Source: Candidatus Scatovivens sp. (GTDB lineage: Bacteria > Bacillota > Clostridia > TANB77 > CAG-508). From it: a stretch of 64,000 nucleotides of DNA. Under the pieces are notes generated by a model. The model had not been told where the DNA came from. It did no database searches and was given only the letters and a program-made list of their open reading frames with translations. Of the stretch, positions 51,878-61,106 are shown in pieces (the stretch's first letter is position 1; each line of letters opens with the position of its first letter). The position numbers and the translations under genes were made by a program. The DNA lies in contig JAZRKN010000007.1 in the NCBI GenBank assembly GCA_045646345.1, positions 39,652 to 103,651 on the forward strand, written 5' to 3'.

Positions 51878-53092
51878 ATGACAGACATAATAACAGAACT
51901 TCAAAAAAGAGGTTACATTGAACAATTAACACACGAAAATGAAATGAGAGAATTATTTCAAAAAGAAAGTGTTAGATTTTATATAGGTATAGATCCAACT
52001 GCTAACAGTATGCACATTGGTCACTTTGTAGCATTAATGGTAGCGGCAAGACTTCAAAAAGCAGGACACAAACCAATTATATTAATGGGTGGTGGAACGG
52101 CAGCTATTGGAGATCCTTCAGGAAGAACAGATATGAGACAAATGCTAACTCGTGAACAATTAGATAGCAATGTTGAAGCAATAAAAAAACAAGCAGAAAG
52201 ATTTGTTTCTTTTGAAGGTGAAAATGCAGCTATAATAGTAAACAACGCAGATTGGTTACTTGATTTAAATTATATTGAATTTATGAGAGAAATAGGAAGT
52301 AAATTTACAATAAGTAGAATGCTTGCTCAAGAATGTTATAAAACAAGATTAGAAACAGGATTAACATTTTTTGAAATGGGTTATTTATTACTTCAAAGTT
52401 ATGACTTCTTATATTTACATGATAAATATAATTGTAAAATGCAAATTGGTGGAAATGATCAATGGTCAAATATAATAGGTGGTGTTGAATTAATAAGAAA
52501 AATAGGAACTGAAGATTCTTATGGTTTAACATTTAAATTATTAACAACAGCTGAAGGTAAGAAAATGGGAAAAACAGCTAAAGGTGCTTTATGGTTAAAC
52601 CCTGAAAAAACTTCTCCATATGAATTCTATCAATACTGGAGAAATATTGGAGATACAGAAGTAAGAAAAGTATTAACATTACTTACATTCTTACCAGATG
52701 ATGAAATAGAAAGATTATCGTCACTTAAAGATCAAGAAATTAATGAAGCAAAAAAAGTTGCTGCGTATGAAATAACAAAATTAATTCATGGTGAAGAAGA
52801 AGCAATTAAATGTAGAGAAGCAGCGGAAGCTTTATTTGGTAACGGTGGTAATTTAGATAATATGCCAACAACTAAGTTAGAAGATATAAATATTTCTATA
52901 TTAGATGCTTTAGTTCAAACAGGTATTGCTCCTTCAAAAGGACAAGCTAAAACTTTAATTGCTCAAGGTGGAATTACTTTAAATGATAATAAAGTAGATG
53001 ATATTACATACAAATTAAGTGAAGAAGATTTTAAAGATGGATATGCAATTTTAAGAAAAGGTAAAAAAGTATATCATAAGTTAGAAAAATAA
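51878..53092 (+). CDS. tyrS: Tyrosine--tRNA ligase
   Basis: GIDPTANSMHIGH, QIGGNDQW, KMGKT, C-terminal S4-like LRKGKK. Confidence 0.96.
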   Translation: MTDIITELQKRGYIEQLTHENEMRELFQKESVRFYIGIDPTANSMHIGHFVALMVAARLQKAGHKPIILMGGGTAAIGDPSGRTDMRQMLTREQLDSNVEAIKKQAERFVSFEGENAAIIVNNADWLLDLNYIEFMREIGSKFTISRMLAQECYKTRLETGLTFFEMGYLLLQSYDFLYLHDKYNCKMQIGGNDQWSNIIGGVELIRKIGTEDSYGLTFKLLTTAEGKKMGKTAKGALWLNPEKTSPYEFYQYWRNIGDTEVRKVLTLLTFLPDDEIERLSSLKDQEINEAKKVAAYEITKLIHGEEEAIKCREAAEALFGNGGNLDNMPTTKLEDINISILDALVQTGIAPSKGQAKTLIAQGGITLNDNKVDDITYKLSEEDFKDGYAILRKGKKVYHKLEK

Positions 53093-53122
53093 ATGATAAA
53101 AAAGTTGTACATAAACAAAATT

Positions 53123-53159
53123 GCGGTAAGCATTAAAGCTTACCGCTTTTTGTTTTTTT
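53123..53159 (+). terminator. Terminator after tyrS
   Basis: gcggtaagc-attaaa-gcttaccgc plus T-run. Confidence 0.85.
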
Positions 53160-53164
53160 AATTC

Positions 53165-53193
53165 TTGAAAATGTTATGTAAATGTGGTATAAT
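53165..53193 (+). promoter_or_regulatory. Extended -10 sigma-A promoter of the radical SAM operon
   Basis: TTGAAA-17 bp-TATAAT with TGn extension. Confidence 0.75.
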
Positions 53194-53292
53194 TTTTGGC
53201 GGTACATTTTATTTTGAAGGTTATTATAGGTAGATAATATCTATTGTTTCTAATCTTCAAATTAGCACTAATACAACAAGGGAGGTTTTCTT

Positions 53293-54654
53293 ATGAATGT
53301 ACTTGAAACTATGTATCAACTCAAACATTTACGGGAAGTAAAACACACAACTTTGAATCCCAAAGGACCTGGAGTTGTCAGGATTCATCTGATCCCACCA
53401 AGATTTGGGAAAATGAAATTTCCAAGTGCAGTCATTTTGAATGGCAAAGATATTTTGCCACTCAATCCGGCTTGGACTAATATGCTTTCGGAGTTTATTG
53501 ATCAAATCAATATGAGAAGCGGAAAAAGTTTGACCGAGATTGATTTTAGAGAAATCAAGATGGCCACAATTCGAAAGATGAATAAAATTTACTTTCGAAC
53601 TCAACGCGAAACCCTAAGACAAGATTTGGAACATATTTTTGGAGTGATTTTGGATGTTGCATATGGAAGAACTCCTAACGCAGTGATTCCTCACATGAGT
53701 ATTGGAGAATATGCCGAAGCTATGAATGCTCCGCACAGAATGGATCTTATGATTAGTAGTATGACAAAAAATGGATGCTGGCATTGCAACCAGAAATGTA
53801 CAAATTGTTATGCTGCCGGTCAACCGCAAGCAGATGTTGAAGAACTTTCGACAGATGAGTGGAAGAAAATCATTGATAAATGTAGAAAATCATTTATTCC
53901 TCAGCTCACCTTTACTGGTGGTGAGCCTACTTTAAGAAATGACTTGGTAGAGCTGGTGGAATATTCTCAATGGTTCGTTACAAGACTCAATACAAATGGT
54001 ATTTTGCTGTCAGAGGAACTGTGTGAACAGCTTTATGAAGCAAGCCTTGATAGTGTGCAGATTACACTTTATTCTTCTGACAAAAAAGAACATGAAATCT
54101 TAACAGGAGCACATGCTTTTGATAAGACGGTTCAAGGTATAAAGAACGCTTTGAAAGCAGGTTTGAATGTAAGTATCAACACTCCGCTTTGTCGAATCAA
54201 CAAAGATTATGTCAAAACTCTGCAGTTTTTGAAAGAGATTGGAATCAGATATGTATCTTGTTCTGGTATTATTTATACCGGAAATGCAAGAAACGAAGAG
54301 GCCAAGAAAAATCAAATGACTTCAGAGGAACTCTATGATGTCTTGAAAAAGGCAAAAGAATTTTGTGATGCAAACGACATAGAAATGTCCTTTACATCTC
54401 CTGGACAAGTTTCGGAAGATGATTTGAGAAATATTGGTCTGCAAGTCCCTACATGTGGTGCTTGTATGAGTAATATGGCGATTGCTCCAAATGGCGATGT
54501 CGTGCCTTGCCAAAGCTGGTTGGATGTAAATGCATATTTGGGAAATATGCTTACGGATTCCTGGAAGAGAATTTGGAACGCACCTCTTGCAATGAGCACA
54601 AGAAAGTTTGCAGCAAAAGTAGATCCTATTTGTCCATTGAGACAAGGCTTCTAA
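53293..54654 (+). CDS. Radical SAM protein with N-terminal RRE/PqqD-like extension and C-terminal SPASM/twitch-like domain
   Basis: CNQKCTNC (CxxxCxxC), FTGGEPTLR, LNTNG, CGAC...IAPNGDVVPC...YLGN...W..IW...CP; RBS GGAGG. Confidence 0.9.
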   Translation: MNVLETMYQLKHLREVKHTTLNPKGPGVVRIHLIPPRFGKMKFPSAVILNGKDILPLNPAWTNMLSEFIDQINMRSGKSLTEIDFREIKMATIRKMNKIYFRTQRETLRQDLEHIFGVILDVAYGRTPNAVIPHMSIGEYAEAMNAPHRMDLMISSMTKNGCWHCNQKCTNCYAAGQPQADVEELSTDEWKKIIDKCRKSFIPQLTFTGGEPTLRNDLVELVEYSQWFVTRLNTNGILLSEELCEQLYEASLDSVQITLYSSDKKEHEILTGAHAFDKTVQGIKNALKAGLNVSINTPLCRINKDYVKTLQFLKEIGIRYVSCSGIIYTGNARNEEAKKNQMTSEELYDVLKKAKEFCDANDIEMSFTSPGQVSEDDLRNIGLQVPTCGACMSNMAIAPNGDVVPCQSWLDVNAYLGNMLTDSWKRIWNAPLAMSTRKFAAKVDPICPLRQGF

Positions 54655-54669
54655 TGGAGGATTGACATT

Positions 54670-55602
54670 ATGGAAAAAAGATTCGATATTAAAAGAACAT
54701 TGCTGGCACTAATCCTCTTGGTAATGTTTCTGTGCCATCCGATGGATGTTTTAGCAGTAGAAAAACCGTTAGATGAAATTCAAAATTATGTGATTCAAGT
54801 TGATATGAGACAAGATGGAACAATGGATATCGTGTATCATATCGAGTGGAAAGTTTTAGATGATGATTCTGAAGGTCCACTTTCCTGGGTTAAGATAGGT
54901 ATCCCTAATAAGAATGTTGATGAATTGACTCCTTTAACAGACAATATTGAAAAGATGAAGTTTGAAAAGGATTCTGGTCAAGTCCATGCATATATATATT
55001 TCGATAAGAAATATTATGAAAATGAGACTGTTATTTTTGGATTTTCTATTCATCAGAGCAATATGTATGTAATTGATAAAGCTGATAATATGCTTAGATA
55101 TTCTTTTACAGCAGGTTGGTTTGATGAAATCGAGGTCAAGAATATTACGATCAAATGGAACGAAAAGAATGTCTTGAAATCGACAGCTACCGATAGAACT
55201 GATGATGGTTATTTAGTTTGGACAGACAGCCTTACTTTTGGTGAAAAATTAAATGCATCTGTATACTATAATTTGGATGTGTTTGATGCAACAGAAGACG
55301 GTCAGTACAAAGAAGATAGTGGTATCGGAGCATTTGGGGTTATACTTATTATTCTTCTGGTCATTTTTGTTATTTTCATAATAATTGCAATCATCGATGA
55401 TGATTATAGCGGTGGTAGTGGATTTGGTGGTTCCAGAACTTACATTTACAGTGGAGGCAGAAGCAGTTGTGCATGTGCTAGTAGTTGCGCGTGTGCATGT
55501 GCATGTGCTGGTGGTGGAAGAGCTGGATGTTCAAAAAAAGACTTTTATAGCACCAATATTGATTCTGATACATTGCAAAAAGTATTAAAAGAAAAAGTAT
55601 AA
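54670..55602 (+). CDS. Single-pass membrane protein: signal peptide, DUF2207-like ectodomain, TM, Gly/Ser linker and Cys-Ala-repeat tail
   Basis: IQNYVIQVDMRQDGTMDIVY ectodomain start, TM GVILIILLVIFVIFIIIAII, tail SSCACASSCACACACAGGGRAGCSKKDFY; RBS GGAGG. Confidence 0.85.
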   Translation: MEKRFDIKRTLLALILLVMFLCHPMDVLAVEKPLDEIQNYVIQVDMRQDGTMDIVYHIEWKVLDDDSEGPLSWVKIGIPNKNVDELTPLTDNIEKMKFEKDSGQVHAYIYFDKKYYENETVIFGFSIHQSNMYVIDKADNMLRYSFTAGWFDEIEVKNITIKWNEKNVLKSTATDRTDDGYLVWTDSLTFGEKLNASVYYNLDVFDATEDGQYKEDSGIGAFGVILIILLVIFVIFIIIAIIDDDYSGGSGFGGSRTYIYSGGRSSCACASSCACACACAGGGRAGCSKKDFYSTNIDSDTLQKVLKEKV

Positions 55603-55617
55603 ACTGAATATTGTATT

Positions 55618-55657
55618 AACCGAAAAGTGCAGGGAAAATTCCCTGCACTTTTTGGTT
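55618..55657 (+). terminator. Terminator of the radical SAM operon
   Basis: aaaagtgcagggaa/ttccctgcactttt. Confidence 0.85.
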
Positions 55658-55721
55658 GAAAAATATATGATAAATTGATAAAATAAGGTATACAAATTAA
55701 CTGAAAAGGAATTTTTAAATT

Positions 55722-56450
55722 ATGAGTAAAAAAATAATATGCGGAATTATACTATCAATTTTAATTGTAATAATAGGATTAACTTTTGGAATAAGTTCAA
55801 TAGTTAAATTTGTTAGAATGCAAGCAATAATCGCAGATGTAAAAAATGATGTCTTAAAAGAAAATTATTATTTAAAAATAGATGCAACATACAAAGGAAA
55901 AACAAGTACAACAGAAACTTTTTATAGAGATGGGACAGGGAAATTAAAGGCTGAAAATGGATTATATACATGGACTGATGGTGAAAAAGCATACTTGGTA
56001 GATGAGAGTTTAAAACAAGTAGAAGAATTAGATTATGAAAAAGATTTACAATTGTTAGTGACTAATATAAGACTTGCAAGTTTATATCCAACAATTTCTA
56101 ATAATGTCTTTGAAAGATTCTTCATAATGGGTAATATGGAAAATAAAATAAAAACAATAGAAGAAGATGGAAAAGAATACACATATATTGAAATAAAAAA
56201 TAAAAATTATATAAAATCATATTGGATTGATAAGAATACTAATATATTAGCAAAATCGAAATTAGAATTGACTAATGGAGATATATATGAATATAAATAT
56301 ATTATAAAATATCATTCAACAAAATCGTCAGATATAGCATTACCTGATCTGAAAGAATATACACCTATAGAACATATAACTAAGGAAACAAATGAAAATG
56401 ATTCTAAAAATGCAGGTGAAGCAGAAATAAAAAATGAAATATCTAAATAA
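55722..56450 (+). CDS. Membrane-anchored exported hypothetical protein (beta-rich, possibly LolA-like fold)
   Basis: N-terminal TM; YTWTDGEKAY, YWIDKNTNIL, DIALPDL patterns. Confidence 0.5.
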   Translation: MSKKIICGIILSILIVIIGLTFGISSIVKFVRMQAIIADVKNDVLKENYYLKIDATYKGKTSTTETFYRDGTGKLKAENGLYTWTDGEKAYLVDESLKQVEELDYEKDLQLLVTNIRLASLYPTISNNVFERFFIMGNMENKIKTIEEDGKEYTYIEIKNKNYIKSYWIDKNTNILAKSKLELTNGDIYEYKYIIKYHSTKSSDIALPDLKEYTPIEHITKETNENDSKNAGEAEIKNEISK

Positions 56451-56453
56451 GTA

Positions 56454-56495
56454 AAAAAAGAGTTCGCTTCAAAAAAATGAAGAGAACTCTTTTTT
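56454..56495. terminator. Bidirectional terminator between convergent genes
   Basis: aaaaaagagttcgcttc...gaagagaactctttttt. Confidence 0.75.
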
Positions 56496-56496
56496 A

Positions 56497-58953
56497 TTAA
56501 AATTTTCCGTTAGTATAATTTTTTCCTTCAAATCTATTTCTTGATTTTACAGTATCTATAACTTCTTGAATTTCATCTAAATTTTCGTCTAGTATATCTA
56601 TACGAACAGAATCACAAATTATGTCATCATATTTAACGGATAGTGTTTTACTATTATATATAGTTGTTAATGTAGATGTGTTATCAGGAACTATTCTAAA
56701 TTTGAAATCCATTCTATCTTTTAGATAGAATAAAGAATCGCTCATGCAAGGTTTAGTGCATTCTTTGTAACATTTATTAGATTTTCCAAGATAACAATAA
56801 CTATTTGTCATAACAGGTAGTTTTCCATAAACAATAACTTCTTGTGCTAAATTTGCATTTTTATTTAAACAATTAATTTCATCTTTTTCTAATTCAGCAG
56901 AAGAAGTAAATTTTGAAAAATTAAGGTTTGCTAAATTTTGAGCAGATATGTTACTATAAGTGTTTAAATTAAAGTTAGCGATTAAATCTAAATTAAACTT
57001 AGAAACCGATTCTAATTGAGAAATATGTGAAACTACAAATCCTTTTATGTCGAATTTAGAAAGTATTTTTTCGAAATTAATTGTATTTTCTTTTTGGTCT
57101 TTTAAAACATGAGGCATATAAATATATGTATTAAATGTACTTGTCAATGTATTTAAAATTGTTTCAAATTTCGGATTAACAAAGTAATTTAGTGGAATAT
57201 ATAGTTTATCTATACCGGTTAATGTATTATATGCAAAATTTGGATTTAGTATGTTTAGTAATAAAGATATAGGTCTATAATTTCCATTCACAACTTCGTA
57301 GTTACTATCTAAAATTGAAGGTAGTGAGATAGTAGATGTATTTAATTGGTGAGTGTATTTTTCTAAAACTAAAGTTTCTAATTTTTCCAAAGCTGTTCTT
57401 CTTAAATCATTTAAAATACTCATTTGAACGAATAAGTTGTTATCTAATATAACGATAATGTTTTTGAATTCAAATTCTGTATTTCCAGTTTTTGAAAGTT
57501 GTTCTATAATTTTTTCTTTTTCGATTGGTCTATTTAAAGCAATAGAAGGTACTGTATCAATCGAAATGTATGCTTCTAAATCTTTGTAAAATTTTTCGTC
57601 AGACCAAATTTTAAATGAAATAGGAGTATTTTCCTTTAAAATAATTTCTCCATTTAGTTTTACTTTTCTAAAATTTTTATCTTCTTTAAAAGTAGGTGCT
57701 ATAACTTTATTTAGTTTTGCTGTTTCTATTCTATAAATTTTACTGCCTACAGAAATTTTTCCTTTCATTCTTCCAATCTTTACAATTTTACCTTTATCTA
57801 AAGATTCGAAATTTTTGTTATCTATCATTAATTCCGAAACTGTATAGCTTTCGTTATTTATAGAAATTCTATCGCCAACAGATAATGTGTTTTCAAGCTT
57901 TAATTTTAAATGACCTTTATTTTCGTTTATATGATTAACAGTACCAACATAAATTCCCATATTATTAGGTTTGTCTTTAAATATTAATTCTTTATTTGGG
58001 GTAGGTTTAAAATGTCCTGTTGAAAAGCCACCTCTATTAAATACTTGAGTAATTTCTTCTTTATCGGTTAACATTGTTTCGGAATTTTTGATTTCTAAAT
58101 TTTTTCTAATCATTTCTTTTAAAATAGAATTATCAAGAGTAATATTATTTAAAACTAAATCCATATATTTTCTATAATGTTTTGTAACAACTCCAACATA
58201 AGTAGGTGTTTTCATACGACCTTCTATTTTGAAAGAATCAATTCCCATTTTTATTAATTCAGGCAAATATTCAATTCCAAAATTATCTCTTGGACTCATT
58301 AAATAACCTTTATCAAGAGATAATGTTGAGCCATTTTTTTCTTCAATTAATTCATATGGAAGTCTACAAGGTTGTGCACAAAGACCTCTATTTCCAGAAC
58401 GACCTCCAATCATACTTGATAATAGACATTGCCCAGAATAAGAAATACATAAAGCGCCATGAATAAATACTTCAAGCTCAATTTTTGTGTTTTCACGAAT
58501 ATACTTGATTTCGTCTATTGAAAGTTCACGAGACAAAACAACACGACTAAAACCTAATTTTTCAAGTTGTTGAACTCCTTCTAAATTATGGACAGTCATT
58601 TGAGTGCTTGCATGCAAAGGTATTTCAGGATAGTGTTTTCTTAGAAAATTTGCTAATCCTAAATCTTGAATAATAATTGCATCAACACCTTGGTTATATG
58701 CACTAACAGCAAGATTAACAGCATCATTAAATTCTTCGTTTTTAATTAATGTATTTAAGGCTAAGTGCACAGAAACGTTTCTTAATTTTGCATACTTGAT
58801 TGCTTCTTTAAGTTCATCTCCAGCAAAATTTGTTGCTTTTGCTCTTGCACTAAAAGAAGAAGCACCAAGATATACTGCATTGGCTCCATTTTGAACAGCA
58901 GCTTTTAAACATTCAAAGTCTCCTACAGGAGATAATAGTTCATAATTTTTCAT
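56497..58953 (-). CDS. U32 family protein (RlhA-like RNA hydroxylase, long form with DUF3656-like region)
   Basis: ELLSPVG, HASTQM, EVFIHGALCISYSGQC, RSGNRGLCAQPCR, FKIEGRMK. Confidence 0.88.
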   Translation of the reverse strand: MKNYELLSPVGDFECLKAAVQNGANAVYLGASSFSARAKATNFAGDELKEAIKYAKLRNVSVHLALNTLIKNEEFNDAVNLAVSAYNQGVDAIIIQDLGLANFLRKHYPEIPLHASTQMTVHNLEGVQQLEKLGFSRVVLSRELSIDEIKYIRENTKIELEVFIHGALCISYSGQCLLSSMIGGRSGNRGLCAQPCRLPYELIEEKNGSTLSLDKGYLMSPRDNFGIEYLPELIKMGIDSFKIEGRMKTPTYVGVVTKHYRKYMDLVLNNITLDNSILKEMIRKNLEIKNSETMLTDKEEITQVFNRGGFSTGHFKPTPNKELIFKDKPNNMGIYVGTVNHINENKGHLKLKLENTLSVGDRISINNESYTVSELMIDNKNFESLDKGKIVKIGRMKGKISVGSKIYRIETAKLNKVIAPTFKEDKNFRKVKLNGEIILKENTPISFKIWSDEKFYKDLEAYISIDTVPSIALNRPIEKEKIIEQLSKTGNTEFEFKNIIVILDNNLFVQMSILNDLRRTALEKLETLVLEKYTHQLNTSTISLPSILDSNYEVVNGNYRPISLLLNILNPNFAYNTLTGIDKLYIPLNYFVNPKFETILNTLTSTFNTYIYMPHVLKDQKENTINFEKILSKFDIKGFVVSHISQLESVSKFNLDLIANFNLNTYSNISAQNLANLNFSKFTSSAELEKDEINCLNKNANLAQEVIVYGKLPVMTNSYCYLGKSNKCYKECTKPCMSDSLFYLKDRMDFKFRIVPDNTSTLTTIYNSKTLSVKYDDIICDSVRIDILDENLDEIQEVIDTVKSRNRFEGKNYTNGKF

Positions 58954-59212
58954 GAGTTTTCCTTTCAATATATATTTGTATAATATTCATATGTTTATTT
59001 ATTATTTAAAATCAACATATATTATATTACAAAATCCAATAAAAGTAAACAGGTAGAAGATGTTAAGCGAATAGGTTAAACAGTATTTTAATAAAAAGTA
59101 AAATTAAGAAAATAATAATATTTATATAGAGTTTACTTTTTTTAAGATTAAATATAAAATATATTTGTTAAAATAGTAAAATGATTCTTGTAAAAAGAGG
59201 AGATGAATAAAT

Positions 59213-60886
59213 TTGGGAAAAAGAAGTTTAAGATATGAAAGAAGAAAATTAAATATTACTAAAGTTGTTTTGGCCATACTGTTATTTGGATTGGTTGTAG
59301 CGTCAATTGTGTATTTGATAAAATCGATTAATACATTTGATGAAAATGATGTTGCTAAAGAAGAAGATACATCAATTCCAGAAAATATTATACAAGAGGA
59401 AGATACAATTATAAATAATATAGAAAAAGTTGCTATTGATTTTGGTGGGCAAATTATCGAAAAACCGAAAAGAGACACATATTTTGTTACAAAAGATGGA
59501 GCGAATTATACTATTTATGAAGATGGTGAAATTGTTCAAGGAACTGTAATTCCTTGGGATGGAAATGAAGCCAAACCAGCAGTTGATGAAGCGGGAAATA
59601 TTAATATATATAGTGCTGCAGAATTAGCTTGGGTAGCAAATAGAGTAATTTCAGGCGAAAAGAATTTTAATGGAGTAACTATAACTTTAAGAAACAATAT
59701 AGATTTAGGCGGGAGAAAAGGAGATGATGGAACTTGGGAAGGTCCATTATGGAATTCTATTGTTGGATTTTTAGAAGGAGAAGCGAATCAGTTAGGAGAA
59801 GTTGCTAAAGAATCGCTAGGAGAAGATACTGATGTTAAAAATGAAAATCTAAAAAGATTTGCTGGTGTATTTAATGGTAACGGATGTTCAATAAGAGGAA
59901 TGAGAATTGATACTCAAAAAAGATATCAAGGTTTATTTGGATATCAATCAGGAACAATTTCAAATTTAACAATAAAATTTAGTAATGTAAACGCTGGAGA
60001 AAGCTCAGGAATTTTAGTTGGATTAAACGAAGGACAAATTAAAAATTGCAAAATAGAAAATTCATCTATATATTCTGAAGAAAAAACAGGTGGATTAGTA
60101 GGGATTGCTATGACAAACTCTATAATAGAAGATTGTGAAATAAATGAGTTTTCAAAAGTTTCTGGAAAAAATAATATAGGTGGCTTGATTGGATATATTA
60201 ATAATAATGTATCAATACAAAATTTAACAAGCAAAGCAATTGTGACTGGTAATAACTATATTGGAGGTATTGCAGGAGTATCTTTTTATGGAACCTCAAT
60301 GAAAACACTAAGAACTAGTGGTAAGATTGAAGGGGATAATTATGTTGGTGGAATTATAGGATATTCACAAGCTGAAATAGAATCTTCAAAAAATAATGCT
60401 TTTATAACAGGTAAAAATTATATTGGCGGAATTGTTGGATTAAACCATGAGATGGGAAATGTTATAAATACTGTAAACGAAGGAAATATTAAAGTAGTTA
60501 GCGAGAATGCAGGAGGAATTGTTGGAATAAATAATGGTTCAATTTCAAGTTGTTATAACAAAGGCGAAATTGATTCTACTCAAACAGATAAATTAACTAT
60601 CGGAGGAATATGTGGTCAAAATCTTTCAGATAGCATTATAAATACTTCATATAATATTGGAAAAATAAAAAATAAAAATTATGCTGGAGGCGTTGTAGGA
60701 GCCGATTTTGGTTCAGTAACAAATTGTTTTTGTTTGGATTCTTGTTTAGAAAAGGATACAGAAGATACAGATTATAAAACTACAGAAGAGGAAATGAAAA
60801 ATAATATAATTTCTAAATTGGGAAATGATTATATAGCAGATGAAGAAAATAAGAATAGTGGTTATCCAATATTAAATTGGCAATAA
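59213..60886 (+). CDS. Membrane-anchored GLUG-motif repeat surface protein
   Basis: Basic N-terminus plus TM, FAGVFNGNG, many (I/V)GG(I/L)(V/I)G repeats, ends GYPILNWQ. Confidence 0.75.
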   Translation: MGKRSLRYERRKLNITKVVLAILLFGLVVASIVYLIKSINTFDENDVAKEEDTSIPENIIQEEDTIINNIEKVAIDFGGQIIEKPKRDTYFVTKDGANYTIYEDGEIVQGTVIPWDGNEAKPAVDEAGNINIYSAAELAWVANRVISGEKNFNGVTITLRNNIDLGGRKGDDGTWEGPLWNSIVGFLEGEANQLGEVAKESLGEDTDVKNENLKRFAGVFNGNGCSIRGMRIDTQKRYQGLFGYQSGTISNLTIKFSNVNAGESSGILVGLNEGQIKNCKIENSSIYSEEKTGGLVGIAMTNSIIEDCEINEFSKVSGKNNIGGLIGYINNNVSIQNLTSKAIVTGNNYIGGIAGVSFYGTSMKTLRTSGKIEGDNYVGGIIGYSQAEIESSKNNAFITGKNYIGGIVGLNHEMGNVINTVNEGNIKVVSENAGGIVGINNGSISSCYNKGEIDSTQTDKLTIGGICGQNLSDSIINTSYNIGKIKNKNYAGGVVGADFGSVTNCFCLDSCLEKDTEDTDYKTTEEEMKNNIISKLGNDYIADEENKNSGYPILNWQ

Positions 60887-61106
60887 ATTGATTAATACCT
60901 TTATTTATATACGATATAATTTGATTGTATATAAAATAAAGGTATTTTTATTTACAAATACAAAGATTAGAATTATTAAAAATAATCAATATAAAATGGC
61001 ACAGACATAAGCATAGATTGACTTTTAGAAAAAAGGTGGTATAATAAATTCATTATTTTTTATATGGATTTTTAAATTTTAATGAATAGACAAAGGAGAA
61101 GCAGAC

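Noticed and set aside
53171-53233. 20-codon ORF MLCKCGIIFGGTFYFEGYYR upstream of the radical SAM gene as a possible precursor peptide
   Set aside because: It starts inside the -35/-10 spacer of the predicted promoter, has no RBS and follows the tyrS terminator, so it is unlikely to be transcribed from its start
55385-55588. Alternative-frame 67-aa ORF over the Cys-rich tail
   Set aside because: Non-ATG start, no RBS; a shadow of the low-complexity coding sequence
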